From: an uncultured Bacilli bacterium
GTDB taxonomy: Bacteria; Bacillota_I; Bacilli_A; RF39; UBA660
Assembly: GCA_934101225.1 (NCBI GenBank)
Contig: CAKOQK010000001.1
Span: 978-64,977, forward strand
DNA: 64,000 bases
Reading direction: 5' to 3'
The notes under the pieces were generated by a model. It searched no databases. It saw only the letters and a list, made by a program, of their open reading frames with translations, and was not told the origin of the DNA. This document shows, piece by piece, positions 1 through 9,157 of this stretch (position 1 is the stretch's first letter; every line of letters begins with the position of its first letter). The translations under genes were made by a program, and so were the position numbers.

Positions 1-227
1 CATTTTCTTTTGTCTTTATCAACACATACATTTAATCTAAAATAACTACCCACTTCAGCATGCATAATCCTTTTATTTGAATGAATATCCTCATTAATCT
101 TATCTTTTTCTTTATTTAAAAGGATAGAATTATGTCCTATATTTATTGCAAATACAAGTATCAAAGCACAAAATAACAAGAAAAATGAATACAATAAAGA
201 TGTTGCAATAAATCCACTCTTATTCAT
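1..227 (-). CDS. Type IV pilin/pseudopilin-like protein, N-terminal fragment (gene continues beyond the window start)
   Basis: Own reverse-strand translation from ATG at 227-225: MNKSGFIATSLLYSFFLLFCALILVFAINIGHNSILLNKEKDK... A short polar leader is followed by Gly-Phe and about 20 hydrophobic residues, a prepilin-peptidase-type N-terminus. There is no Glu at +5, as in minor ComG-type pseudopilins. GAAGGGA Shine-Dalgarno lies a few nt upstream. Absent from the ORF track because it is truncated. Confidence 0.4.
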   Translation of the reverse strand, partial: MNKSGFIATSLLYSFFLLFCALILVFAINIGHNSILLNKEKDKINEDIHSNKRIMHAEVGSYFRLNVCVDKDKRK

Positions 228-324
228 ACTTATCCCTTCTAGTCTATCACAATTATATAATATATTATATTTAAAATCTATACATAATTTCGATTATTTT
301 TATAATAAATAAATGGATATGACC

Positions 325-353
325 AAAAGAAAAACACTGTTTATAAGTGTTTT
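325..353 (-). terminator. Putative rho-independent terminator
   Basis: Hairpin aaaacact/gtttata/agtgtttt (331-353), followed on the minus strand by a T-rich run. It lies downstream of the ysxE-like gene. Confidence 0.35.
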
Positions 354-408
354 AAACAAACATTAACCTATCAAATATAATAAACATATTATATTTTAGG
401 TGATAAAC

Positions 409-630
409 ATGAATTGTAATAATTTTAACAATAACTGTAATAATTTCAATAACTTTCATAATCCATTTAATAAATTTAGTTTATTTATATTCTTTTTAAT
501 ATTATGTACATTAATATTTTATCAAGCAATAATTACCTTTTTCTTTCCTTTAAGATGGAATATAATTATATTATTTATTGAAATATTTTTACAATTTTAT
601 TTATTATTTAGAATAATATGGCCTAATTAA
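409..630 (+). CDS. Small membrane protein with an Asn/Cys-rich N-terminus (hypothetical)
   Basis: ORF track 400..630. An internal ATG at 409 is preceded by AGGTGA with 5 nt spacing, and TATAAT lies at about 376-381. The product is MNCNNFNNNCNNFNNF... followed by two long hydrophobic segments. A stop-free run in an intergenic region of very AT-rich DNA. It overlaps the 3' end of the convergent gene by 27 nt. Confidence 0.35.
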   Translation: MNCNNFNNNCNNFNNFHNPFNKFSLFIFFLILCTLIFYQAIITFFFPLRWNIIILFIEIFLQFYLLFRIIWPN

Positions 631-1461
631 TTTATTAGTGTATTCTATATAACTTATTGATTTACTAACCATGATGGTGTTATCTAATTCATTATTTCCA
701 AAATCATATGTTTTAGGCATCGAAATCATTATAAATAGTAATGTTTTTTCATAATCAAGTAGTTCAAAATGTTTAAAGTATTCATTTAAAAATAAACTAA
801 AATCATATTTATTAAAGTCATTTTTATATAAATTAATTATATCTATTACGGGACTATCAACTAAATATTTATCCCAACTAATGAATTTATTATTAATAAA
901 ATGATCAATGCTTAAATTATTATGATTATAAACTACTCTTATTTTATCTAAGTCATTAACCATTTTGTACCACTTTTCTAGTTCTCTTTTAAGAAAGTTG
1001 ATATTAGATCTAATTAAACTTGAATTAATAATAAGAATATATAAAGATGGTCTTATATATTCTTCACTTAAAGCTTTATCAAATAATTTATTATAATAAT
1101 CCTCCAAGTAATTAATATTGGAACTTATATTTTCATATATTTCCTTAAAATTATCTATTTTAACATTTTTAAAATAACTAGTTTTATAATGAAGTTCTGC
1201 TAAAGTCTTAGCCTCATCAATCATTTTTTGATTAATAGGCTCATTTATATCATCCAAATATTCATAGACATAGTTATTATCATATTCATCTATTATTTTA
1301 GGAAATTTATTAAAACTTCTATTTTCTAAGTAATTATATAAAGATTTTAAATCTTTCTTTTTTTCTTTTACAACATATTTTCCATCTTGAGTTGTAAGAA
1401 TATGACTTTTACCACTAATAGTTATTTTAGTTGGATTAAAAATTTCTCTATAATTCTTCAT
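604..1461 (-). CDS. ysxE: CotS/YsxE-family spore-coat-associated kinase-like protein
   Basis: 285 aa with phosphotransferase-fold-like features (VYNHNNLSIDHFI catalytic-loop-like segment). It lies immediately downstream of a SpoVID-like LysM gene and overlaps it by 14 nt, mirroring the B. subtilis spoVID-ysxE arrangement. Confidence 0.5.
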   Translation of the reverse strand: MKNYREIFNPTKITISGKSHILTTQDGKYVVKEKKKDLKSLYNYLENRSFNKFPKIIDEYDNNYVYEYLDDINEPINQKMIDEAKTLAELHYKTSYFKNVKIDNFKEIYENISSNINYLEDYYNKLFDKALSEEYIRPSLYILIINSSLIRSNINFLKRELEKWYKMVNDLDKIRVVYNHNNLSIDHFINNKFISWDKYLVDSPVIDIINLYKNDFNKYDFSLFLNEYFKHFELLDYEKTLLFIMISMPKTYDFGNNELDNTIMVSKSISYIEYTNKLIRPYYSK

Positions 1462-2149
1462 TTGGAATAATTAGTTTCATATTTAGTTCTAAGGTATCAA
1501 AAGTATTATATTCTTTTAAAGTATTAACACTGATGTTGTATTTTTTTGTTATACTTTCAATTGAATCACTTATTCCAACTGTATGTACATGATATAAGAC
1601 ATATTCATCTTTATCATTAATTGAATTAATAATCATATTTTCATCTATTTTATCTTGTTTATTTTCAGTAGAAGTTGTACTAACTTCCTTTTCATCTTTA
1701 GCAATAGGCATCATAATCTCGTTAGGTAAATCAACAGGCTCACTTCTTAAATCAACAATATCTACATCCTGTTTTTTTTGTTCATTTAGAAAATCATCTA
1801 ATTTTTCTTCACTTTCAAATACTTTTACTCCTTCTTCAGCTGTAACTAAGTATTCAATATGAACACTTAATTCATCTAGATTATTAAAATTATAACTAAA
1901 ATCACTTATATCTAACTTAACAGTATCTAAATTAATGTTAGAAGGTAAATCATGTTTAAATGGTACTTTAAAACTAAAATCTTCTTTATTAATGCTTATT
2001 TCATGTAAACGATAACTACCAGAAACTATAAAATCGCCATATATACTTGATCCATCTACTTTAAAATTTTGTTCAACAGAAATAGATGTTATTTCAAATA
2101 TTTTTGATTTAAATAAAAAGTCTCTATCTAAAGTATAAACTTCATTCAT
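1448..2149 (-). CDS. spoVID: SpoVID-like sporulation protein with a C-terminal LysM domain
   Basis: 233 aa. The N-terminal region (SISVEQNFKVDGSSIYGDFIVSGSYRLHE) resembles the SpoVID N-domain. An acidic middle is followed by a C-terminal LysM (YHVHTVGISDSIESITKKYNISVNTLKEYN...LIIP). A ysxE-like gene follows. Confidence 0.5.
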   Translation of the reverse strand: MNEVYTLDRDFLFKSKIFEITSISVEQNFKVDGSSIYGDFIVSGSYRLHEISINKEDFSFKVPFKHDLPSNINLDTVKLDISDFSYNFNNLDELSVHIEYLVTAEEGVKVFESEEKLDDFLNEQKKQDVDIVDLRSEPVDLPNEIMMPIAKDEKEVSTTSTENKQDKIDENMIINSINDKDEYVLYHVHTVGISDSIESITKKYNISVNTLKEYNTFDTLELNMKLIIPNEEL

Positions 2150-2190
2150 ATATCATTTTCCTTTCTTTTCAAAATAATTATATGAATAGC

Positions 2191-2225
2191 AAAAAAAGAT
2201 ATTCGCGAATATGCTTAAATATCTT
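2191..2225 (-). terminator. Putative rho-independent terminator after the amidase gene
   Basis: aagatatt ... aatatctt stem (2196-2225) followed by a T7 run on the minus strand (A-run 2191-2197 on plus). Confidence 0.4.
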
Positions 2226-2239
2226 TATTATCTGTATTT

Positions 2240-3256
2240 TTATTTATCTTTTATTAAATCATTTATAAATCTATCAAATGGAAATTTTTTTCCAGGACAC
2301 ATTGTTCTTACAACAGGATTAATCTCATTATGTCCAACAATATGTTCTCTATCTATAATAAAATCATAATCATATGTATCTTTTAAATATTTAATAATTT
2401 TCTTAACGATCATCAAACTTGTTTTATATTGTTTTTCAGTTAATGATCCATCAAAACTTTCATGTTCAATAGAAAAAGAATAGTAATTACAATTTTCTTT
2501 AATAGATTTTGCAAATTTATTTTTTGCCAGTAAATAATAAATATCACTGCTTTCATTCATTGATGTACCATTTGCCCATGCTGAATCATTTAAGTCTACA
2601 ACTTGTTTATATTCTCCACTTCTAGCTACTACAAAATGTGAGGAAACTTCACTTTTATCATTATAAAAAGTATCAATTATTCTCTCATATACATTAGAAA
2701 TATGCATTACAATTATAAATGGAATTAAATTATTATGTCCCTTATAACAATTTTTAGTATATTTATCATAATTAATTTCATATGAATCTTTTTCTTTTTT
2801 TAGAAGTTTTTCTAAAGTATTAATTATATCTTTCTTATCGCACTTCATAATAGAAGAAGCAATATTAATCATACATTCATCATTTAATTTTTTGACAACA
2901 AAATAATTATATAAAAGCAATCCTACATATCTTTCTGATTTTAATTCTATTAATTTTTTAGTAAATAAATATGTATATTTTGAATTCATATTATATTCTT
3001 CATTGTCATACCATAAATAATAAACAAATGCTGCATCTTCACTTTTAAGAACATAGTTAAGAAATATTGATTTGTCAATTTGTTTAGCATGATTTATATA
3101 AAGTCTAATATATCTATTATTTTTAGTTGCTAATATTTTTTCGGTCACATCTACATCAAATAGATATGAATAATAAAATAAATCACGCGCATTTGTTGCA
3201 TCAATATTATTTATATCTATATTACTATTCAACATTTCTGATAACACCATTATCAC
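2240..3256 (-). CDS. N-acetylmuramoyl-L-alanine amidase (Amidase_2/PGRP-type C-terminal domain)
   Basis: 338 aa. The C-terminal half reads IIVMHISN...SSHFVVARSGEYKQVVDLNDSAWANG...FSIEHESFDG...HIVGHNEINP...CPGKKFPFDRF, typical of zinc amidase_2 domains. Confidence 0.7.
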   Translation of the reverse strand: MIMVLSEMLNSNIDINNIDATNARDLFYYSYLFDVDVTEKILATKNNRYIRLYINHAKQIDKSIFLNYVLKSEDAAFVYYLWYDNEEYNMNSKYTYLFTKKLIELKSERYVGLLLYNYFVVKKLNDECMINIASSIMKCDKKDIINTLEKLLKKEKDSYEINYDKYTKNCYKGHNNLIPFIIVMHISNVYERIIDTFYNDKSEVSSHFVVARSGEYKQVVDLNDSAWANGTSMNESSDIYYLLAKNKFAKSIKENCNYYSFSIEHESFDGSLTEKQYKTSLMIVKKIIKYLKDTYDYDFIIDREHIVGHNEINPVVRTMCPGKKFPFDRFINDLIKDK

Positions 3257-3453
3257 CCCACAATTAATATTGTATCATAAATATTAAAATATGTAAGATA
3301 ATCTTAAAATGTTTTTATTAAATATATTCGATTGGCATCATATAATTAATTTCGTTAAGTACTTCAATATATTTTTCGTCATACAAATTACAGTGTTATC
3401 TATTTTTTGTCCACAAATCTGGAATTCAATTCCAAAATTGTAGAATTTATTTT

Positions 3454-4785
3454 TTAATTAGGATAGTATATAGCTCTTTTACCATAGAGATTGTATATTT
3501 TTTCTACTTGTTTACGATTATAACTTACAATTTTACCTGTATAAGAATCGGATACAATTATTTTATTTTTATTAAAGCCAATTACAACAACACTATGTAG
3601 TTTACAAATCCAATTTATTTTTTTACCTGTTTCTTTATAAATCCAGGTAGTACATATATCTGTATTTTGCATATTAACTGATGCCCATATTTGAACAGGT
3701 ATTCCTTTTTTAACTATTGCAAGTACTTCATCTAGAGAATGACCTGTATAATCAATCATTCCTGATTTAAATTTATTAGCGACTTCTATTATCGGTTTTT
3801 GATAAACACCATAACCATGGCTATCAGAAGGATCTCCTACAAATTCAAGTTCAGGATTACCTCCATAATATACGCCATCTTCATAATGAGGACCATCACC
3901 CTTTTTTAATGCATTAACTAATTGACTCATGTTAACATTAACATTGTAAAATCTAAGCAAATTATATAATGCTGCACTTTCACAACCATTAGGATAATCT
4001 GGATTTTGATTATAGGTTGGAAAATTATTTATTTGATAAGTTACATCTTTTTCTATAATTGTTATTTTTCTATATTTAGTAGTCTTATTTCCTAATTTAT
4101 CTTCAGCAGAATATTTTATCTTATAATTACCAGGTATATCATAGTTAACACTACTATCATCAACTATAAAATCAACCTCTCCAAATCTCTCATCTACTGC
4201 TTTAACATTATTATACAAATTATATTTATTTCCAGATTCTAATGTAATATTTGTCAGTCCCTTAAATACTGGTCCTTCTTTATCCTCTATTATTGTTAAT
4301 TTAGTACTTTTCTCAAATTTATTATTATAATCATCATAAATTTTAATTAATACATCTTGCGTACCTAATTCTTTTTTTAGCAATAACTCATCATATTTAT
4401 ACAAAGATAAATCAATATCATTAACAATAAAATCTTTTATTGTAGGTAGTTCTTCATCTATGTAAATGGTTATTTCTTTTAATTCAAGTTTATCTAAAAT
4501 ATTTTCATATATTATTAAATTAGATGAATATTCATTATTACCTACACTAATTTTAATTTCATAATTACCTATATCTTTAATATTATCTAAATCTTGATTA
4601 CATTTTACATTTTTTATATCTTCTTTTAGAAAATCATTTATTGTAACTATTTCTCCATAAGGTTTTACTACTTCTTTGATTATTAACTTATGGGTATTAT
4701 TTCTTATAACAATATTTAATAATAAAATAGATATTCCTATGCATAGTATAATAATAACTATTAATATCCAATACCTTTTCTTCAT
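3454..4785 (-). CDS. Membrane-anchored protein with Ig-like repeats and a C-terminal C39-like cysteine peptidase domain
   Basis: 443 aa with an N-terminal TM. There is an Ig-like segment (PVFKGL...VKAVDERFGEVDF...PGNYKIKYSAEDKLGN). C-terminal motifs are YPNGCESAALYNLL and a late His (KLHSVVVIGF), resembling Peptidase_C39_2. Confidence 0.55.
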   Translation of the reverse strand: MKKRYWILIVIIILCIGISILLLNIVIRNNTHKLIIKEVVKPYGEIVTINDFLKEDIKNVKCNQDLDNIKDIGNYEIKISVGNNEYSSNLIIYENILDKLELKEITIYIDEELPTIKDFIVNDIDLSLYKYDELLLKKELGTQDVLIKIYDDYNNKFEKSTKLTIIEDKEGPVFKGLTNITLESGNKYNLYNNVKAVDERFGEVDFIVDDSSVNYDIPGNYKIKYSAEDKLGNKTTKYRKITIIEKDVTYQINNFPTYNQNPDYPNGCESAALYNLLRFYNVNVNMSQLVNALKKGDGPHYEDGVYYGGNPELEFVGDPSDSHGYGVYQKPIIEVANKFKSGMIDYTGHSLDEVLAIVKKGIPVQIWASVNMQNTDICTTWIYKETGKKINWICKLHSVVVIGFNKNKIIVSDSYTGKIVSYNRKQVEKIYNLYGKRAIYYPN

Positions 4786-4882
4786 TGTATTCCTCTATCT
4801 TTATCTTATAACAATAGTATATCATGTTTAGTAATAACTTTTAATAAATTTAAAAAAACCAGATAATTATCTGGAATATATT

Positions 4883-6199
4883 TTAATTTTTAATACAAAA
4901 GATAGCATATAAAGGAATACTTTTAATTTTAGTTTCCTCATTATATCCAAAATTTTTAGAACTTATTCTTATAGAATATTTTGGATTATAATTTTTATTA
5001 TATAAAGATAAACTTTTTGACTGAGTATTTCTTGCTGCTTTTACTTCGATTGGAATTATTCCATCATCATTATAAATCATAAAATCAATTTCGGCTTTAC
5101 CAGAACTTAACCAATAATACAAACTAATATTATTACTAGCAAACTGAGTAGCAACAAAATTTTCCGTAATAGATCCTTTAAACAAAGATAAATCATCTTC
5201 TAAAATATCTTTATATTTAACTTCTAATAAATGATTAAGTAATCCAACATCATTAAGATATAACTTGAAACTATCATAATCAACAAATGCAGCTAATGGT
5301 TTTTCTGGTGCACTCACTTTGTATGAACATAAAATCATATTACTTGCATTTAACCAATCTAGTGGTGTATCGTATTCTCTGCCCCTTCCATTTTTTTCAA
5401 TTTTACTAAATTGAAATTTTCTTGATAAATTTGCAATTTGGCTAGGTATAGAACGATATATTTTTTCTATTTTTAAAGCTTCTGAGTTGCTAGTTACATA
5501 TGTTTTCATATCCTTAAAATAGGAATCTATTATATTTTGTTTAATAGTAGAATCGTATTTCATGATATCACAACCATTATCTATAAAATTTTTAACTGAT
5601 TCCGGCATTCCACCACAAATTAAATAATACTTATAATATTCCATTGCTTGTATATGTAAAGGCTCTATCATAGCTGAATTATTTTCATAACATCTTTTTA
5701 TCTCGTTAATTAACATTTCTTTATTGTTAGCAACTAAAAACTCTTCAAAATCCATTGGATACATATTTATCATTTTTACCTTACCAACTGGAAATGATGA
5801 ATTTAATCTTTTTAACTTTACCCCTAGTAATGAACCAGCACAAATAATTCTTATATTGTTATGTTTTTCACAAAAAAATTTTAACTCTGATATTAATTCT
5901 TCACTACACTGTATTTCATCAATAAAAAGTACAGTATTTTCTTTTGTTAAATCAAAATTAACTATAGTTTGTAAATAGTTTAACTTTTGTTCTGAATTTA
6001 AATCAGTTCTTTTATATAAATCAACCACTTCAACATTTTGAAATAAATTTACAGAAACAAAATTTTCAAATTCTTTTTCACAAAATTTTTCTATAATATA
6101 TGTTTTTCCAACCTGTCTAGCACCTAATATCATTAAAGGTTTTACATTTAATGAATCATTTTTCCACTTTAGTAACTCATTATAGATTTTTCTTTTCAT
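4883..6199 (-). CDS. AAA-family ATPase with DUF4143-like C-terminal domain
   Basis: 438 aa with Walker A LGARQVGKTY and Walker B LFIDEIQ. The overall layout matches AAA_14 plus DUF4143 proteins. Confidence 0.75.
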   Translation of the reverse strand: MKRKIYNELLKWKNDSLNVKPLMILGARQVGKTYIIEKFCEKEFENFVSVNLFQNVEVVDLYKRTDLNSEQKLNYLQTIVNFDLTKENTVLFIDEIQCSEELISELKFFCEKHNNIRIICAGSLLGVKLKRLNSSFPVGKVKMINMYPMDFEEFLVANNKEMLINEIKRCYENNSAMIEPLHIQAMEYYKYYLICGGMPESVKNFIDNGCDIMKYDSTIKQNIIDSYFKDMKTYVTSNSEALKIEKIYRSIPSQIANLSRKFQFSKIEKNGRGREYDTPLDWLNASNMILCSYKVSAPEKPLAAFVDYDSFKLYLNDVGLLNHLLEVKYKDILEDDLSLFKGSITENFVATQFASNNISLYYWLSSGKAEIDFMIYNDDGIIPIEVKAARNTQSKSLSLYNKNYNPKYSIRISSKNFGYNEETKIKSIPLYAIFCIKN

Positions 6200-6216
6200 T
6201 CTCTATCACCACTATA

Positions 6217-6245
6217 AATATACTATAAAAGTTAGAAAAAGTCAA
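6217..6245 (-). promoter_or_regulatory. Putative sigma-A promoter of the AAA ATPase gene
   Basis: On the minus strand: TTGACT (6245-6240), 17 nt spacer, TATATT (6222-6217). A GGTGA-containing RBS precedes the ATG at 6199. Confidence 0.45.
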
Positions 6246-6248
6246 AAA

Positions 6249-6338
6249 TTACACGTTTTTTGAACGACTTTTGATATAAATTTACACGTTTTTTGAACGA
6301 CTTTTGTCATAAATTTACACGTTTTTTGAACGACTTTT
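6249..6338. repeat. Three tandem 33-bp-period direct repeats (core ttacacgttttttgaacgactttt)
   Basis: Identical 24-nt cores at 6249-6272, 6282-6305 and 6315-6338. Each contains a CGTT-N5-AACG mini-palindrome. The array ends 4 nt upstream of the putative -35. Confidence 0.9.
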
Positions 6339-6359
6339 ATAAATTATGCCTTATTTTAA

Positions 6360-7151
6360 CTATTTAAATCTTTCTCTATAACCACATCTTTGACATAAAG
6401 GACTTACTAATTCACGCCTATTAAACCCACTTAACATTTCTTGATATATATTAGAATTAATAATTTCATCTAAATCTTGCTTATAAATATTTCCTAGTTT
6501 ATTATCTCCATTATTATCCAAACAACAACTAACAACATCACCATTAACCAAAATTCCAATTTGATCTTTTAAAGCCCTGCATGTACCAATTCGACTAATA
6601 ACAGGTAGATCCATACTAGGCCAATCAAACTTTTTATCAATACTTAAAAATATATGATCATTTAAGTTATTTCTTAAACTATTTCTATCTATTTTAACCT
6701 TATAGTGTTCATCTAAAAATTTAAATATTTCATTATTATCTAAGTCATTCCATAACCTAAAATTAATATATGTATTCTTAATACTATCACATATCTTAAC
6801 TATATCTTTTACTTCATCTAAAGAATTAAAACTATGTAATGAGATATTTATTTGTCTTATTTTATTATTATTTATAATATCTAACTTATCTTTTAATAAT
6901 CTTCCATTAGTTGTTATATTTACATTTATATTATTCTCATTTGCTATTTTAATTATTTCATCCAAATTAGAATGCATTAAAGGCTCTCCTTTAATATGTA
7001 AATAAATATGATTAGTATAACCATTAATTTTATTAATTATAGTTTCAAATTCATTTACACTCATAAATTCTTTTTCTCTATTGCTTTTAGGACAAAATGG
7101 GCAATTTAAATTACAAACATTGGTTATTTCAATATATATTCTTTTATACAT
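6360..7151 (-). CDS. Radical SAM protein with a SPASM/twitch-like C-terminal Cys cluster
   Basis: 263 aa. It has the CNLNCPFCP (CxxxCxxC) motif at the N-terminus and C-terminal cysteines (GTCRAL...VVSCCLD...CQRCGY). Confidence 0.75.
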   Translation of the reverse strand: MYKRIYIEITNVCNLNCPFCPKSNREKEFMSVNEFETIINKINGYTNHIYLHIKGEPLMHSNLDEIIKIANENNINVNITTNGRLLKDKLDIINNNKIRQINISLHSFNSLDEVKDIVKICDSIKNTYINFRLWNDLDNNEIFKFLDEHYKVKIDRNSLRNNLNDHIFLSIDKKFDWPSMDLPVISRIGTCRALKDQIGILVNGDVVSCCLDNNGDNKLGNIYKQDLDEIINSNIYQEMLSGFNRRELVSPLCQRCGYRERFK

Positions 7152-7166
7152 ATTATGTTTTCCTCT

Positions 7167-9074
7167 TTATCTATTTTTCTTATGTTCTTCAATTTCATAT
7201 GAATCACCATTACTCATATACGTATTAAAATCATCATTTCCAAGATGTCTATATATGCTTGATGGCATTTCAATTCCCTTATTATATTTCTTAGAATTAA
7301 TTAGCATTATTCCAATATTATGTATTTTTGCTGTTTCAACGTCTTTAGCAGTAATTTGATCAACACAATATAACGCTATTCTTTTTAATTTAGGTATTCT
7401 AGAATCTATATCAGTTTGAGTTCTACCATGCTCTAATATTAATATTTCATTATATGTTCTTTTATTATAAAGTAATTCATCAGGCATCATAAGTTGTTCA
7501 ACTCTATTAGTTGCATTAGATGTAAAACTAAAAGGTTTATACATTGTAAATGAATCTCTTGGAAAAACATGAACAATTTGTTCTGGATTTAAGTCACTAG
7601 AATCATATACATATGTGTCATTATATTTTGGAGTGCCAAAAACAGATATACAACCATTTCCAACTAACGAGTAAGAGTGTCCAACTGGTAAATTATCTTC
7701 ACGATTTATATTTGATTTAACAATAGCAAAGAAAGGATTATCTTCAATATTATAAACATCAACACCATATTCATTAGATAGTTCTTCATCTTTAAATTTA
7801 ACTAATTCTTCTTTAACCATTGAATAATCTTTTATGGCTTTTCTAACTTGTTTTCTAGCAAATGACATGTCGTCATAAAAAATTTCCATCATATTATATT
7901 GTTTTAACTCATTATGTAACTCGATTTTTTCTTGTGAAGATAACATATCTATATTTACTATTTGTTGATATAAATAAAGTCTATCTTCAGGAATATCTAT
8001 ATTTCCAGCATAATAAAACTCTAATAATTCTTTTAAATCGTACATTACATTATAGTAGTTTTCTTCAAAGTGATAATCTATAATGTAATCTGACTTTTTC
8101 TCATCTAATGATTTTGTTATTAAATTAATTACTTCATCAAATTTACCATTAAATATAAGCTCTCTAAGATTAGTATATTCATTAGGAAATATTTGGATTT
8201 GTCTAATTAAATTTCTAAAAATATCACGATATTCATTAGAACTTGAATCTAGATTGCTTAATTTATTTATCATATTAAAAATATTTTGGTATGTTTCAGG
8301 ATAATCAATATTTAAAATAAATTCTTCTTCTTTTGTTTTAGCATAATTATTTAAATTGGTTGGATCTCCACAATAATTAGCATCATTAATTAAGAATCTA
8401 TACTCATAAACATTTAACTCATTCCATAATTTTTGGGCTACTTCTGTGTTTAATAAATCAGATGATAAAAAGAAGATTTCCCCACATGAACTAACAAATG
8501 AATCTCCATTTCTTTTGGCCATATCCTCAAATGATAGGGATTTACCAGCATCTATCAAACCTTTTATTGATATATTATGTGATGTTAAATCGATATTATA
8601 TTTTTCTAATATTTTTTTACCAAGTAATTTAGGGTTTCTCTTTAACATTTCATATATTAAATCATTTGGATAATCATACTTATCAATAAATTTTAATCGA
8701 TAATCTTTATTAAAATAACTAATTAACTGACCTGTTAAATTTATATCTTTATTAAGTTCTAAGCATCTATTTACTATTAAATCGTATGTTTTATTATTTA
8801 GATTTTTTAACGATGCATAGTATTTAGAAATATCAGTACTTAAAAATAAATCTAAAAATTTTTGATTATTAAATAAAAGATCTACATAATTGGAATAATT
8901 TAAAATGTATGTAATTCTATCTTCTACGTAATTATAATCTTTTAAATAATGAACACCTTCGTCATCCAACAAGTTAAGTATTTCTCCGTTATAATCATTA
9001 TCTAAAAAATCCAAAAAATCTTGCTTATTTGAATTAATTATTTCTCTTTTTGTAACACTTTCCATATTTATCAC
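7167..9074 (-). CDS. Hypothetical protein (635 aa), likely co-transcribed with the radical SAM gene
   Basis: Long ORF on the gene-dense strand, 16 nt from the downstream radical SAM gene. I recognised no motif. Confidence 0.55.
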   Translation of the reverse strand: MINMESVTKREIINSNKQDFLDFLDNDYNGEILNLLDDEGVHYLKDYNYVEDRITYILNYSNYVDLLFNNQKFLDLFLSTDISKYYASLKNLNNKTYDLIVNRCLELNKDINLTGQLISYFNKDYRLKFIDKYDYPNDLIYEMLKRNPKLLGKKILEKYNIDLTSHNISIKGLIDAGKSLSFEDMAKRNGDSFVSSCGEIFFLSSDLLNTEVAQKLWNELNVYEYRFLINDANYCGDPTNLNNYAKTKEEEFILNIDYPETYQNIFNMINKLSNLDSSSNEYRDIFRNLIRQIQIFPNEYTNLRELIFNGKFDEVINLITKSLDEKKSDYIIDYHFEENYYNVMYDLKELLEFYYAGNIDIPEDRLYLYQQIVNIDMLSSQEKIELHNELKQYNMMEIFYDDMSFARKQVRKAIKDYSMVKEELVKFKDEELSNEYGVDVYNIEDNPFFAIVKSNINREDNLPVGHSYSLVGNGCISVFGTPKYNDTYVYDSSDLNPEQIVHVFPRDSFTMYKPFSFTSNATNRVEQLMMPDELLYNKRTYNEILILEHGRTQTDIDSRIPKLKRIALYCVDQITAKDVETAKIHNIGIMLINSKKYNKGIEMPSSIYRHLGNDDFNTYMSNGDSYEIEEHKKNR

Positions 9075-9128
9075 TACCTTATGGTAAGTATATCATAAAA
9101 TAAATGTTTGTAGCAATTTATAGAAATG

Positions 9129-9153
9129 AAAAAATCAGATTAAATATCTGATT
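9129..9153 (-). terminator. Rho-independent terminator closing the T4SS-like operon
   Basis: aatcagat/taaat/atctgatt hairpin (9133-9153) followed by a T-run on the minus strand, 5 nt after the stop of ORF 9158..9727. Confidence 0.6.
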
Positions 9154-9157
9154 ATTA

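Noticed and set aside
3419-3433. Palindrome tggaatt-c-aattcca just after the stop codon of ORF 3454..4785, considered as a terminator.
   Set aside because: No T-run follows it on either strand and the loop is too small. There is not enough evidence to call it a terminator or an operator.
5724-5978. Plus-strand and same-strand shadow ORFs in the supplied track that overlap longer minus-strand genes. They are 5724..5978, 7081..7359, 7862..8083, 8446..8673, 9319..9552, 9999..10250, 14935..15183, 16278..16478, 17410..17631, 18027..18215, 19087..19299, 19349..19537, 19656..19928, 19691..19996, 20713..21138, 22746..22934, 23377..23562, 24438..24620, 25847..26047, 33959..34207, 34922..35212, 38040..38270, 43910..44110, 44933..45127, 45361..45543, 46985..47245, 49112..49498, 50083..50289, 58215..58406, 60423..60611, 61206..61439 and 62494..62838.
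   Set aside because: Each lies inside or antisense to a much longer ORF with recognisable motifs. Their translations are low-complexity (Ile/Leu/Phe/Ser-rich, or an Ala/Pro mirror of a Gly/Ala tract), and they have no convincing RBS. I treated them as frame shadows.
6249-6338. Possible mini-CRISPR (three identical repeats).
   Set aside because: The 24-nt repeats are separated by only 9 nt, there are no cas genes, and the array abuts a promoter. It behaves like an iteron or operator array.
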